Below are positions 25,736 through 38,179 of a stretch of DNA of 64,000 nucleotides, piece after piece. The position numbers and the translations under genes were made by a program. The DNA lies in the NCBI RefSeq assembly GCF_018977255.1, contig NW_024704742.1:130884001-130948000 (forward strand). The letters run 5' to 3'. The notes beneath the pieces are model-generated. The model had not been told where the DNA came from. It did no database searches and worked only from the letters and a program-made list of their open reading frames with translations. Numbering within the stretch: the first letter of the stretch is position 1; each line of letters opens with the position of its first letter. This DNA comes from Callorhinchus milii. Taxonomy: Eukaryota.

Positions 25736-26118
25736 ATAATAATAATCCTTGCACTTATTATAGCGCCTTATCATGTCTTTTCGAGACATCTCAAAGTACT
25801 TCACAGAATATACTGTAAAGTGAATTGAGTGTATATTTTGTGCGTGAAACGTTGCAACCAAATTGCGCACAGCAGTGTCCCACAAACAGTCATGGATTGA
25901 GTGACCAAATTATTATTATTATTTATTTATTTTTTGAAGGGATTATTACCCCCAGAGAAGCGATCCGATGATTGACTAACAACCGGGTTTCTACTTACTG
26001 CTAGGTAAACAGGGGTGTGGAGTAAGGAAACTTGCCCAACGTTTAGCCCTGCCGGGAATTGAACCCAGGTCCTCTCGCTTGCGAGCCGAGTGCTCTAACC
26101 ACTAAGCTACAGGACTCC
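25736..26118 (-). mobile_element. SINE family A, long variant, full length; tail-to-tail with a + strand tail fragment at 25621-25737
   Basis: Complete head, the internal segment (taggtaaacag...gcgatcc) and the tail. Confidence 0.9.
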
Positions 26119-28860
26119 AAATTAAAATTATTATTATACTGATAGTTGCATGCTACAATAATGGAGATCAAAAGGGTGAAGAGATGAGTGTGAATCAAAC
26201 GTTTTATTTGCTCTTTTTTATGCAGTTATTAAATTAGTTATTTATTAGTATAGCTGTTCCACTGCTTCCTTTATAACCTTATTACTGCAACTTTGAAGTT
26301 TGCAGTCTTGGTTATCTAGGACATTTACCATTGCCAACAACTAAAAGTCAATATAATTGCTTGATATAAATTAAATTATCACAGATATTTCTCCTAATAT
26401 ATCCAGCACAGTAGCTGCTTTGATGCAATAATATCCTCAGAATAACTATGCAAAACATTAAAACTATGAAAACAAGATTGTAAAATTGAGCATGATTGGA
26501 TTTCACTTGTTTGTGCCAATGTCATCCTGTTGCACTGAAACATTTTAATGAAGAAAATGACTATGAACTGGTCAAATGGAAATTACAATGAGTCTGCCTT
26601 TCAAATCTCTGTTGCAAATAGAGTTAGGGTTAGACTATGATATATGTTCTTTTGAATACTGTAGTTAATTGTGAGTCTGGGATTTGCTTATCTATAATTG
26701 TCGTTGTGGACTCTCTCGCTCCCAGGCACTGTAAATGGTAGTCAGTACTGCGGACCTTGCTGGTTATAGAGAAGCATACTTAACAATTCATAGTTTAGGA
26801 TTATATTTGGCAATTCTACACCATTTAATATGAATAACGTGTTATGATAACTGCTGCTGCGATGACTGCCTAAAACCATATATGTTTTTAAATCAGATAC
26901 TCCTCTGCCATGTTTACACATTGTGTTTTAATATCGGTAAACAGTAAGGAACTTGCATCCTCGATGGTTGTTGTCTCGAACCTTGCTGGAAGCAAGAAAA
27001 GCTGGGCTTTAATTGGACTTGAATAGTGTTTAATCTTTAAAAGCACATTGTCGAGCAATATAATTGGGATTGCTCCAAGTCATCCAGGAGGTGCTCTTTG
27101 GAGAACAAGGATTACAATGCAATCCTTGTAACAAGCCTTTCTTGCTAGGAGTTGGTTGCTTTCTCCATTTCGCAGTAAGGGCCTGCTTTCTTTATTTAAG
27201 ACTTTCTCACTTCAAATGCAGAAAATGGAACACAAAATGCTGATATTTGCATACATTTGTTGTTTTATTTATTAGAAAGACTCTTAAACAGCAATACCTC
27301 ATGATACACTGACAATGCGTATATGAATAATGTATTAAGCCTGCAGTTGCGATGTAATTTGCAGAAGACAGTGACAGAATGTTGAATGCATCCAGAATGT
27401 TGTATTTATTGATTTAGTGGAAAGCATTAAAGGTTCTGTATTTGGGACCATGCAAAATTAATGTAACTGCCTTCAATTTTAGTGGGATGGCGTGGAAGTA
27501 TAGATTTACAATTTAGATGTTAGTGGTTGCACCCCTGAAATATCTCCTGAAGACTTTTGTGTGTGCCTTTCTCACTCTCCACGTAAATCAAGCAAAATTA
27601 CAGAATAATAATCTGATTTTGCACTTTAACTGTTTGTCATTTAATGGTTGCCGTGGTTAGCGCAGTATTCCCATGGTCCCAGCAACTCATGAGGCTTCAT
27701 TTTCCACAGAACATTCAATCTGCATACTAAAGGTTAAGTGCATTTTATATTGCCAATTTTCTCTCCATCTCTTCTGACGCTGCCGATTCTTGCTAAGGTT
27801 TGCTTCCAGGAGCCCTGGTACTTCACCAAAATTCCATTCTTTTTGGTCAGTTTGGTCAGCCGGGTGTCTGACACACGGGGAAATCCATCAAGAGTATTCA
27901 ATGCATGTCACCTACGTGTGGAAATTCCTGTGTTTTGAAATGAGGTTAGAACGTTGTCCCCAAGATGATGATCCTGCCTGTCTGTGTAATTCAGGCAAGA
28001 GCCAACTTGGGCCTAATACTCTCTGGAATTAGGCAGCCAGAATGGGGATCCTAGAGTATACGGAATGTTTGAGTTGCCTGACCAGGTAAGGGTGATAGTT
28101 TTTGATCCCCAAAGGATTTTTCTTTTGGTCAGTCAGGAGTCTGATGTATGTGGAAATGCATCACCATGTTTAAGAGCTGAACAGAGTCCTTCATATGTTT
28201 GTTACCCATACTTGAAAATTTCCATGTCATGAATGCAATCACATCAGATTGATAAGAGCTGAAGTTTGGGGACCCCAAAGTGTGGTAGGGCAGAGGTCAG
28301 TGATGTTGCAAAGGTGAGGCAAGGCTAACTAAGTGAGAGCCCAGATGTAGGGTCTGAAGGACATTTAGGGTTGAATGAATCTCAGGCATACCTTTAACGT
28401 GTAACTGTAGTGATGTCCTGTTTGTGAACCCCATTGTTTTCAGAAGCAGTCACTGATTATCTTCTTTAAAGTTGCTTGTGTTATCACACTCTCTTTCACC
28501 TGTCACGAGAACACTAGATTAGTGGATGAAGAAGGTGCTTTGGCCCCACCTGGTCTCATCCCTCTGGAATACCCACCCAACGGTCCTCCCATCATAACAT
28601 CAAGCTGTATTTTTTTAAATTAAGGCTAGTGTCCTAATCTCAACCACCGTTCCTGGCAATAATCTTGGTATAGACACGTTGCCTCTTATACATTGGAATA
28701 CCCAGTTATCAAACTCTGATTTTCTCCAGCTTCTCTTAAATTACTACTCAGTTTACTTCTCAGCTTTTCTTCTGCATTCTATTTCTTTATATCTTTTACC
28801 TATCCCTCAAGGAAATCCTATTCAACCTAGCTATTCCCATCACTGAATGATGTACCATGT

Positions 28861-29206
28861 GGAGTCCTGTGACATATTGGTTAGAGCACTTGCCTCATAA
28901 GCAAAAGGACCTGGGTTCCATTCCTAGGCAGGGCAAAACCATAGCCAAGTTTCCCTACTCCACATGCTTCTGTTTACCTAGCATTAAGTAGGAACCCGGT
29001 TGTTAGTTGATTGGAGGATCGCAAAAAAAATTTGGTCACTTAATCCACAACTGTTTATGGGACACTGTGGTGCGCAGTTGGCTGCCATGTTTCGCCCACA
29101 ACATATACAGTCAATTCACTTTTTAGTATATTCTGTGAAGCGCTTTGAGACGTCTCGACGATGTGATAAGGCGCTATATCAGATGCAAGGATTATTATTA
29201 TTATTA
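28861..29206 (+). mobile_element. SINE family A, long variant
   Basis: ggagtcctgt head, tgtttacctagc...gtaggaacccggttgttag internal segment, (tta)n end. Confidence 0.9.
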
Positions 29207-31689
29207 AAGCAGCACCGACTGGGGATTAAACAGGGAGATCAAATCCTGGTCTGTGTAGCTCAGGACCAAATAGCTAAAGAAGTTGTTGGAAACAAAATTC
29301 TCTTCTAGTCTCCGATGAATGCTCATCCCAGTTTCAGATAAAGTTTCTCTATTGCGCAAGTCCATTTTTGTTATGAGTATTAATCTGGCATCAAACTTCA
29401 CTGAAGCTGTATTTTACATTAGAATCACAAATGCATTTAGTTTAATGGATACATTGGTGCAGCTAATCAAAATGTTGGCCAGTTGCTGTGTTCCAATCCA
29501 TTTACACAGCATCCTCATCTGGCAAAACCTCTATTAATACTAGCAGGGGTGTGTTGAGAACATAAACTGCACAATAAAGAAAAAGAATAAATAGCTGCTA
29601 CATCATCACCCTGTGAATTTCATACTAATCGTTTTTTAAGTGATTTCCAAGGTGGCAGGTAGTCACCTCTGGGGAGAGATGAAAGGGAGCTTAAGTAACT
29701 TAATAGGACATTTCAGTTCTTCCTCTGCACTCACAGCAACAATGATTACATTTAAATAAAAATACAGAGTATGGAAATGCTGTAAAATGTGTGCTTTTAA
29801 TTTGGACATATATATTATACATAAAATGTATCTCAGCCAGGAACTATAATTTAGCAGCACAATTGGGAACTAACTATGGTTTGTGTGCAGTGAAATGACA
29901 TGGTATCATGCGGGCTCGTCTTCTCTCTCCACAAGAGAAGAGCTACCATCTTGGAAATCCCCCAACTGGTAATGAAATATTTAATTCAGGGAAACATCCA
30001 CCCAAACTGATTTATTTCTGAGTGAGTACCCAAGCTGGTAGGAGTTTCAGATCCATTAAACAATACAAGGGGAAAAAGAACTATTGAAATACGCTGTTGG
30101 CTCCCAAACAGAGCTCAAAGCTCACACTGCAGTCAGTGATTATATAAAANCAAAATCTAATGCTAACTGATTACACTTTGTACAGTAAGCTGTAAATCAG
30201 GATCACTTCTGAAAGCATGATCACGTTATGCTTTCAACAGAATGTTGGAATCGAATCAACTCTTTGTGGTGGTCTCGACTGTCGGTTCCTGAGCTAGGCG
30301 GGTCTGCAGTACTCTACGGCACTGTTGATGACAAATCACCAGCCTGGCAGCGCTTGAAGGGACAGTTCAGTCACTGAGAGAAGGAATTCTTCCCGCTCAG
30401 CTACTGTTAACTATGTAAGCTAAATGCCAAATGGGTGAGATGCACTCTGAGGTCCCCAAGCTTTGGCTCTTGCCAACTTGCACCGAATGCCCTCCAGAAT
30501 TGGATAAGCAGAGTGAACGAATGTAGTCCGAAGCTCCCCAGCCTAATCATTATTTTAGGGTGTCATTAGGGACAGAAATCTTAACTATTTCCACAGACAA
30601 TTATAATGTAGAGTACATAGGGCTAATTTAGGCCCTAGCAACAGCATTAGCTCACTGGGCTGAATTGCTGTGATGTAATTTCATATAATTGTATACTGTA
30701 TAAATATGGAGGTTTTTTTTACATAGATATGTAATTCTTCAAGTTTTAGTAACTAGTTTTAGTAAATGGTTCTTTGCGTTGTTAGTCCATCGGTGTGTAA
30801 AAAAGTAGTTTCAAATTTATATTCCAATAATTGGTTTTAAGGAGCCATCTGATGTGCAGTTGGGTAGAAAGAACCAAACTGGAAAACCTACGCTGTGGAT
30901 TATCCACGCAAAACTATGTGATGCTCATGAAAATACATGCGGAGCAATTAGCACAGGAGCAGAGCCAAGATTATTTGTTGAAAGCCAGGATTCTTTTTAC
31001 TAGTTTGTTGTTATAAAAATGAAAATTGATAGCAGTTATACAGCCATAGCTTAATTTTAGAATTAAATAATGGATTGAACGGTGCATATTCTGCTGTTTT
31101 GAATCTCACTAAAAGCAGCTTTCGGAGCTGTGTAGATTCATGAATAATTTAGTATGTTCTAGAGAGAGCATTTGAAATGTTTAATAGCTAAATGCTTGGT
31201 TCATGGGGAATAAACTTGCATATACATACATTAAAGCAAGGAGCCCTCAAAGGTTTATGCTAATTAAGAGAATTATGCTACTTTAGCAACATTTGTACAC
31301 TGAATTGGAAATGCAAAATTCATGAGTCCACCCAACTCTGATACAAATAACTCTGTTAGCTCTTCATTAGGAGTTGATAGTGATTTAAAGAGAGTTATCT
31401 TGCATTAAGGAACTTTTCCATTAACTCTGGAGTGTTCCTGTGCATTTTCTTCACATTTTGCAGAGTGAACAGACGTGTCAGATACCTGCAAGAATTATGT
31501 TCTGTTTAAAAACACATCATGATGGTGAAACAAGAGCATGTGAAGTTACACTGCATAAACATATTGGTTCATTTATAATCTAAATCTAAATTCTGGAATT
31601 CAAAATATGCGCCTTGATTTATTCTCTGCGTCATACAAAGAATCACTGTCGATCAGAATTGAGTTCCTCGGTGTGAGGCTTCTATATGC

Positions 31690-32340
31690 CAGGTAGATTT
31701 TAGGATAATCCTGGAGGCGAAGAACAACCCCAGGCTTCTGTTCTCTACCACATTCCGACTCCTCCGTCCCCCCCCGCCACCCCGCGCAGGTCATCTCCTC
31801 CAACCTTCACTGCGAGGAAATGCTGGATTTCCTTGAATCCAAAATCAAGGGAATCCGCTCCGCGGTCTTGAGACCGGCCTTGAAGGAGGAAAGGGAGGAG
31901 GCGGCGAAGGCACCGGGGGATAGAGTTCCAGAGCCTCGGGGCTGAGAGACTGAAAGCCCAGCCACCGATGGTAGGGCGGTTGGGGCGGGGGATGTGGAGC
32001 AGACCCGAGCCAGAGGAATGGAGGGTACGGACAGGTAAGTAGGGGAATAGTAGGTCGGAGAGGTAGGAGGGAGCAAGGCCGTGAATGGCCTTGTAGGTGA
32101 GGATGAGGATCTTGAATTCGATCCTCTGGGGAATGGGGAGCCAGTGGAGGCGAGCGAGGGTGGGAGTGATGTGGCCAGTCTCAAGACCTTTTTCTTTGAC
32201 CGTGCCTTCTGCATGTCTGCATATCGAGCCTTGAAAAAAGCAAGAGAGTGGGCAAGGCGAAGGCGCTATGGGATGGAGTTCTAGAGGGTGGGTGCAGACA
32301 GGCTAAAGGCCTGACCTTCGATGGTAGAGCAGGCAGGGTA
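31690..32340. mobile_element. Scrambled cluster of L2 fragments in both orientations
   Basis: GC-rich segments homologous to the 3' region of the L2 copy at 44.5 kb, e.g. ccttgtaggtgaggatgaggatcttgaattcgatcctctgggg. Confidence 0.75.
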
Positions 32341-32725
32341 TTTGATTCTCTGCTGGTTATATAAACTTACCCCCCAACCCTCCGCCCCTCTTAAATTGAC
32401 CCCAGCCTTCCCAGAGTTAGGGAGGAGAAAACCAGCCAGGGTACCTGCTCCCTCTATAGCTGTGTTCACCTGTGTGGCAGCCGGGTGAGGAGATGTCAAG
32501 CTTAAAAGGCACCAACAGTGTTACCTTCTATAGCTGGATGGCCTGCTGACACTCACTGCCCATAGAGGAAAATTGACTATTTAGGCGGGGCATCAGAGAG
32601 TAACTAACGGCCATGGAACGGCACCTCAGAATGAGGAAGCTGTGGAGCAGAGAGGCGTATTCCAATAGGGAGAGAAATTAGAAAATAATGGGCACAGTTT
32701 AAAACGATTCAGAGAAGAGGCAACG

Positions 32726-32827
32726 TTATTACGACAAATTTCTTTTGTTTGGATGTGGAAATAAATAAGCAGAAATAATTCTGCTTATTTATTTCCACAT
32801 CCAAACAAAAGAAATTTGTCGTAATAA
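32726..32827. repeat. Perfect palindrome: 49-bp arms with a 4-nt spacer (ATAA)
   Basis: 32726-32774 is the exact reverse complement of 32779-32827. Confidence 0.97.
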
Positions 32828-34167
32828 ATTAACAGAGTGGGTTGCTGGAATGCAAATGGCAGTGTCAGTTTATTCATTAATTTCGCTAATGTTCTATTCA
32901 AGCAACTGTATTTTGTAAAATGTGTTCTCTGGATCCTTGTAATAAAGTAGTACTTACAGTCGGCTACGCTTTATTTGTGTCTCGGCAGCTGTGTTGCTTT
33001 GGGATAACGTCTAAAATGTATTAAGACCCGTAGACCATTTTCGTAATGTCCCATCACATTTTGTATTGCCCATTATTTTGATGAAGATTTTTCAGAGCGT
33101 GTCAAAATATGCAGGATTTTAAACGCTAAATGGAAAAAATTTGGTCCTATTATAAATTTTAGTAGTATCGAAATGAAACATAATAAAATTACATCTCTGA
33201 AAATTTATGGTCTACAAGACATACAGCAAGCATGTAAGCAACAGTCGATGAGTATTAACATTACACAAAGTGGTGGTAAACGCACAATAGCAGTAAAGCA
33301 TTTTTATTCACAATTAATGGAATTTTAAATTGCAGTAAAAGGCACATGAGATTGATTAGCTGTGCCTACACCATAAACCAGCACAAATAGTGGAAATCAA
33401 TACCAATTTTGTAACTATTACAGTCTGAGAACAGAACTAAAACCTGCATTGGTCACAATCCCAATAATTTTAATAATGCACTGGAAGAATTATAATGATA
33501 GAAATTACAGTACAGAAAAGGGGCTGTTCAACTCACTGAGCCTGTACTGACACTAGCTCCTCTCCTGCAGCTATTTTTAGTCCTCTCAATTACCTCTTCA
33601 CCTCCCTTACCTCCGTCAATAATCTATTGGAATTATTTTTTTTGTAAAATTTGGAAGGGAGGTTATGATAGCTAATGTTAAAAAAGGTCTTTTAGATTCA
33701 TCCCTTCTGTTGCTGCATTGATATTCGATTGTGAAGACAGCTCAAAGAAATCTTTTAAGAAGATTTTTTACAGTGTTCTGAATTTACCAAGTTTCCTAGT
33801 TTGTTTTGATGAATTCAAGCAACTGCCAGCATGGTGAAAGGCGAACTGGATGGACCTTGGTTTTCTTTCGCCAAGCAAATTCTTATGTTCTCATTTTTTT
33901 TATGTTTCTTTTTTTTTAAATCTTAAAGTAGTTTAGTTTTCACTTTTAAAATGAGTTTTTTTGTTTCAGGCTTTTATTTTAATCTATTGACTTTAAACTA
34001 AAGTCCCTTCTGCTTGTTCAGGTGGACTTTAAAGATCCCATTGTACAAATCGAAAAGAGATGGGAGATTCTCCTAATGATCTGATCAAGAATCTTCCAAA
34101 TAAATAAAACAGACAGATGGGACCTCAGTTTAATGTCTGACAATGCAGCGCTCCACCAACACCGAGT

Positions 34168-34450
34168 GGAGTCCTGTAACGTATTGGTTAGAGCAAATGC
34201 GAGGACTTGGGTTTGATTCCCGGCAAAACGTTAGACAAGTTTCTTTACTCCACACGCCTTTGTTTACCTAGTGGAAAATAGGAGCCCGGTTGTTAGTCGA
34301 TTGGCAGATCACTTTTCTAGGGGTAATAATCCCTTCAGAAAAAAAATATAAATAATAATTTTGGTCACTCGATCCACGACTGTTTGTGGGACACTGCTGT
34401 ACGCAATTGATGTGATAATGCGCTATATCATATGCAAGGATTATTATTAT
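34168..34450 (+). mobile_element. SINE family A long variant (internally deleted), nested in a minus-strand family B copy (~34090-34550)
   Basis: A head and tail are present. B sequence (acagatgggacctcagtttaa / tactgcattagagtctcagtctagactgtg...gggcttgatccc) flanks both sides. Confidence 0.8.
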
Positions 34451-34589
34451 ATTAATACTGCATTAGAGTCTCAGTCTAGACTGTGAGATCAAAGCCCTGA
34501 GGGGCTTGATCCCTCAACTGTTTGTCTCAGAGTTGAGAATGCTACTAATTGATCCAGGGTGACTCTTGTAATGTAGTGTAGTGACATTT

Positions 34590-35147
34590 TTTTGCAGGCA
34601 AATGAGAGGAAAGTGACTGAAGGCACGGTCAAAGGAAGATCTTGAGAGAGGGACGGAGTTCCAGAGAGTTGGGGCAGATAGGCTAAAAGTCTGACCTTTG
34701 ATAGTGGAGGAGGCAGGGCAGTGACGTGGAGCAGGCCAGTGCTTGTTGAGCAGAGGAAGCGAGCAGCTTGGTAGCATTTAACAAGCCCACAGAGGTAGCG
34801 TGGGGCACGGCACGGCAGTGGAGGGAGGGCAAGGATCTTGAACTCAATCATTTTGGGAATGGGGAGCGAGTGGAGCCGGGTGAGGATGGGGGATGATAAG
34901 CTTGTGGAGTCCAGGGTAGGAGAGGACACAAACTGCAGAATTCTGGACAGCCTGCAGCACGTGGAGGGAAGAGTTGAGAAGTCCTGCTAGGAAAAAGTTT
35001 GCGTAGTGAAGCCTGCAAGTGATGAAAGCATGGAAGAGGATCTCGGAGGCCTGAGGGGAGAGATAGTGGTAAAGGCAGGCAGTGTTGTGGAGGTGGAGGG
35101 AGAACCGAATGGGTTAGAGCATGGATGTGAGGTTTAAAGGACAGTTA
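34590..35147 (-). mobile_element. Degraded L2 LINE 3' ORF2 fragment
   Basis: Remnant peptides SPILTRLHSLPIPKMIEFKILAL and FSLSAPTLWNSVP. Confidence 0.8.
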
Positions 35148-35463
35148 GGGGTCCTGTAGCTCAGTGGTTAGAGCACTCGCTTTGCAAGCGAGAGACCTGA
35201 GTTCAATCCCAGGCAGGGCGAAACCTTGGGCAAGTTTCCTTACTCCACACGCCTAATAATAATCCCTCCAAAACCAAAAACAATAATAAATTGGTCATTT
35301 TCAATCTACGACTGTTTGTGAGACATTGCTATGCGCAATTGGCTGCCGCGTTCGCCCACAAATATACAGTCAATTCACTTTACAGTGTGTTCTGTGAAGC
35401 GCTTTGGGATGTCCTCCCGACGTGAAAAGCGCTATATCAAATGCAAGGATTATTATTATTATT
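35148..35463 (+). mobile_element. SINE family A, short (young) variant, full length
   Basis: Intact A and B boxes, ctcgc-tttgcaa-gcgag anticodon arm, (tta)n tail. Confidence 0.92.
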
Positions 35464-35861
35464 TGGACATAGCAGTTCCACACTGGCCCTGTACTGTCAG
35501 CACCTGAGGTCCACCTGAAGAACAGGCAGATGGGATCTCTGTTTGCTGGTTTATCCTCAGCAGATTTTAATGTTCTCAGCGTCATAAAGCCACAGGCAGG
35601 TTGAAACACTGTTTGCTGCAATCACCTGCCACTACAGGGCATGGAATAAACATTTTACACGTCAGTGTGCGTGCTCTTTGTCTATGATGGTTAACCTCGG
35701 ATTAATATTGACCCACACTCCTGGAGCATCACCCCCTTGGTATTAATCCTCACTCTGTGGCAGGTAGAAGAAAAGAATGACCCAACCAATAGAGCGGGAT
35801 TGATTGTGCCCATTAATGTTAGCTCTTGGTTGTCATCTGCCGAATAATAAATGATAATTGC

Positions 35862-36076
35862 CAGCTTTTTTTCCCTAACAAACTTAATTTCTTCTTGAAC
35901 CATTGAAAAAAAATCCTTTTACAAATGAACAATCGCAGGCTAAAAGTGAACAGCTGCTTTGTGAAACATTTGTCAATCTTGTTTTGGAGAAGTTAACTTT
36001 TTACGACCTTAATTTCTGGATTGATGGCGGCTATTTGACATTATTAACTTTGACCTTGTGAACCCCAAGAATATTT
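35862..36076. repeat. Copy 1 of a ~215-bp direct duplication (partner 49757-49977)
   Basis: Co-linear match, e.g. aacagctgctttgtgaaacat, ttttggagaagttaactttttacgac, gctatttgacattattaactt. Confidence 0.95.
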
Positions 36077-36960
36077 TCGCTGAGGTGAAAATGTTAGCAA
36101 GACTGTTATGTTTATTCTTCAGTCCTAACGAATAGATTTGATTTTTTGCAAAGTAATTTCTAACTCATTTTATACTTATTTAAAAAAAAGCAGAATCCTC
36201 AATTTGGTTTAACAAATGTCCCATTCCTGTATCTTATAATAATTCTAATAATAACAATAATAATAATGATAATCCTTGCAGTTGATGTACCTCATCACGT
36301 CATTGAGAAGTCCCAAAAGTACTTCATAGAATATATTGTAAAGTAAATTCACTGTATATTTTGTGGGCGAAACACCAATTGCGCACAGCAGTGTCCCACA
36401 AACAGTTGTGGATGGAGAATTTTTTAAAATTTGTAATATTTAATTTCTTTCCCACTATCCTGTGATGCATTTTTAATAGACAGCGTTGCACACAAAGTTA
36501 CTGAATGCTGTGCCTCTTTCACAATTAAAAGAAACTGTACAACGCATGAGAGGTAGCCACACCAAATGACTTGTACATATCCCCTTCGCAAGTGAAGCGG
36601 GGTACCCTGTGTTCATCCTCATCCTCTGCGGTCATCTAATTAATTGTATGCCTTATCTATTTGAGTTTTATTCAATCTGATTTCAAATCTTTTTCACAGT
36701 AGATGTTTGATTAAGCAGGTTGTGTATGTGAGTGTGTGTGTGTGTGAGAGAGTATGTGTGTCTGAGACGGAGAGAATATTGAGTAGTCATTAGAATTATA
36801 GTTGGGGCTTGCATTGTGTTTTTGTTGACTCCTTGAGAAGTGAACAGTAGATGCTATCCAGTAAGTTTTGGGGGTGGAATGAGGACTGGGAGAATTGAGT
36901 GGATTAATTTATTTATTGTATCAATAAGTGTGATGGGTTTGTCCATTTGCTTAATTATTT

Positions 36961-37279
36961 ATAATAATAATAATAATAATCCTTGCATTTGATATAGCGC
37001 TTTTCACGTCGGGAGGACGTCCCAAAGCGCTTCACAGAACGCACTGTAAAGTGAATTGACTGTATATTTGTGGGCAAACGCGGCAGCCAATTGCGCACAG
37101 CAATGTCCCACAAACAGTCGTAGATTGAATATGACCAATTTATTATTGTTTTTAGTTTTTGGAGGGATTATTATTAGGCTCTGTGTGGAGTAAGGAAACT
37201 TGCCCAAGGTTTCGCCCTGCCTGGAATTGAACTCAGGTCTCTCGCTTGCAAAGCGAGTGCTCTAACCACTGAGCTACAG
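36961..37279 (-). mobile_element. SINE family A, short (young) variant
   Basis: Near-identical to 297-627. Confidence 0.92.
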
Positions 37280-37495
37280 TCTGGGAAGGGGAGAGTGCAT
37301 GTTCTATTATCACAGCTGTTGTTCACTGGTGTTGAGAGCGAGTGCGTGTGTGTTTTTTTGGTGTTTTTATTAATAAGTCACTCCAGAATCTCAGAGAAGT
37401 TGGCCTGATCTAAAGTATTTATCGTGCTGTGTTTATTAGTGAAGTGCATTTTATGTAACTATTTTTGCTTGTGACCATTACGAGTGAAGGTGAAA

Positions 37496-37745
37496 CAACA
37501 ACAAAAACAAATTACATTTATATAGCGCCTTTCACGTCAGAAGGATGTCCCAAGACGCTGGTTTGTACCTGAGGTGGGGGTAAAAGTGTGACTGAAGGCA
37601 CAGTCAAAGTGGAAGGTCTTGAGGCAGGCCTTGAAGGAGGTGAGATAAGGGGCAAGGCAGAGAGATTTGGGGATGGAGTTCCAGAGGATGGGGGCAGCAA
37701 AGCTGAAGGCCTGACCGCCAATGGTGGGGGACATGGAGCAGGCTA
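37496..37745 (-). mobile_element. L2 LINE 3' terminal fragment
   Basis: (CAA)n end on the + strand, tail catttatatagcgcctttcacgtc, remnant GGQAFSFAAPILWNSIP...FKACLKTFHF. Confidence 0.85.
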
Positions 37746-38179
37746 TTGAAAGTGAATTCAAAGAAGATGAATGTGAATACAAGCTTATATTTCTATCATT
37801 TTTGAATTGCATAGGAACATAAGAATATCCCAGACATGAAAATCATATATTCGTGAAAATCATACCCTTTGATACATCCGGCCAGAGCATATGATATTTC
37901 ACTTCTTAGTCTTAAGTGCAGTTCAGCTGTGAGGCAGCACTGCAGAATGGGTTCAATGTGGCTGCAGACGGCATTGCCGGTGGCTGCTGAGGGCTTCAGC
38001 CGGCTTCAGGCCATTCAGTCTTTAGCTATCGACTGGTTTGATCACGATTCCTGACTGTAATAGTTATCACTGGTGATATAATGTCCTGTTTTTCACCTCT
38101 CCAATGCTCAAACATTTGACACAGTAGTGTAATATAAATGTTTATTATAATGATAATAACACTTGCATTTGGTATAGCA

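Noticed and set aside
30150..30150. Ambiguous base n (also at 46920)
   Set aside because: Single-base assembly ambiguities next to homopolymers, not biological features.
32345..32700. Segment resembling another old SINE-like repeat (gttagggaggagaaaaccagccaggg...gcctgctgacactcactg)
   Set aside because: Only one clear copy in the window and I cannot name the family with confidence; it needs a Dfam search.
33099..33113. Exact 15-mer GTGTCAAAATATGCA shared with 40336-40350
   Set aside because: A single 15-bp match is expected by chance in 64 kb of AT-rich DNA, and the flanks do not extend it.
35148..35222. tRNA-Ala(UGC)-like sequences with A/B boxes (also at ~555-627, 37210-37279, 38180-38250 and others)
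   Set aside because: They are SINE heads: each continues into the SINE body and L2-like tail and lacks a proper acceptor stem.
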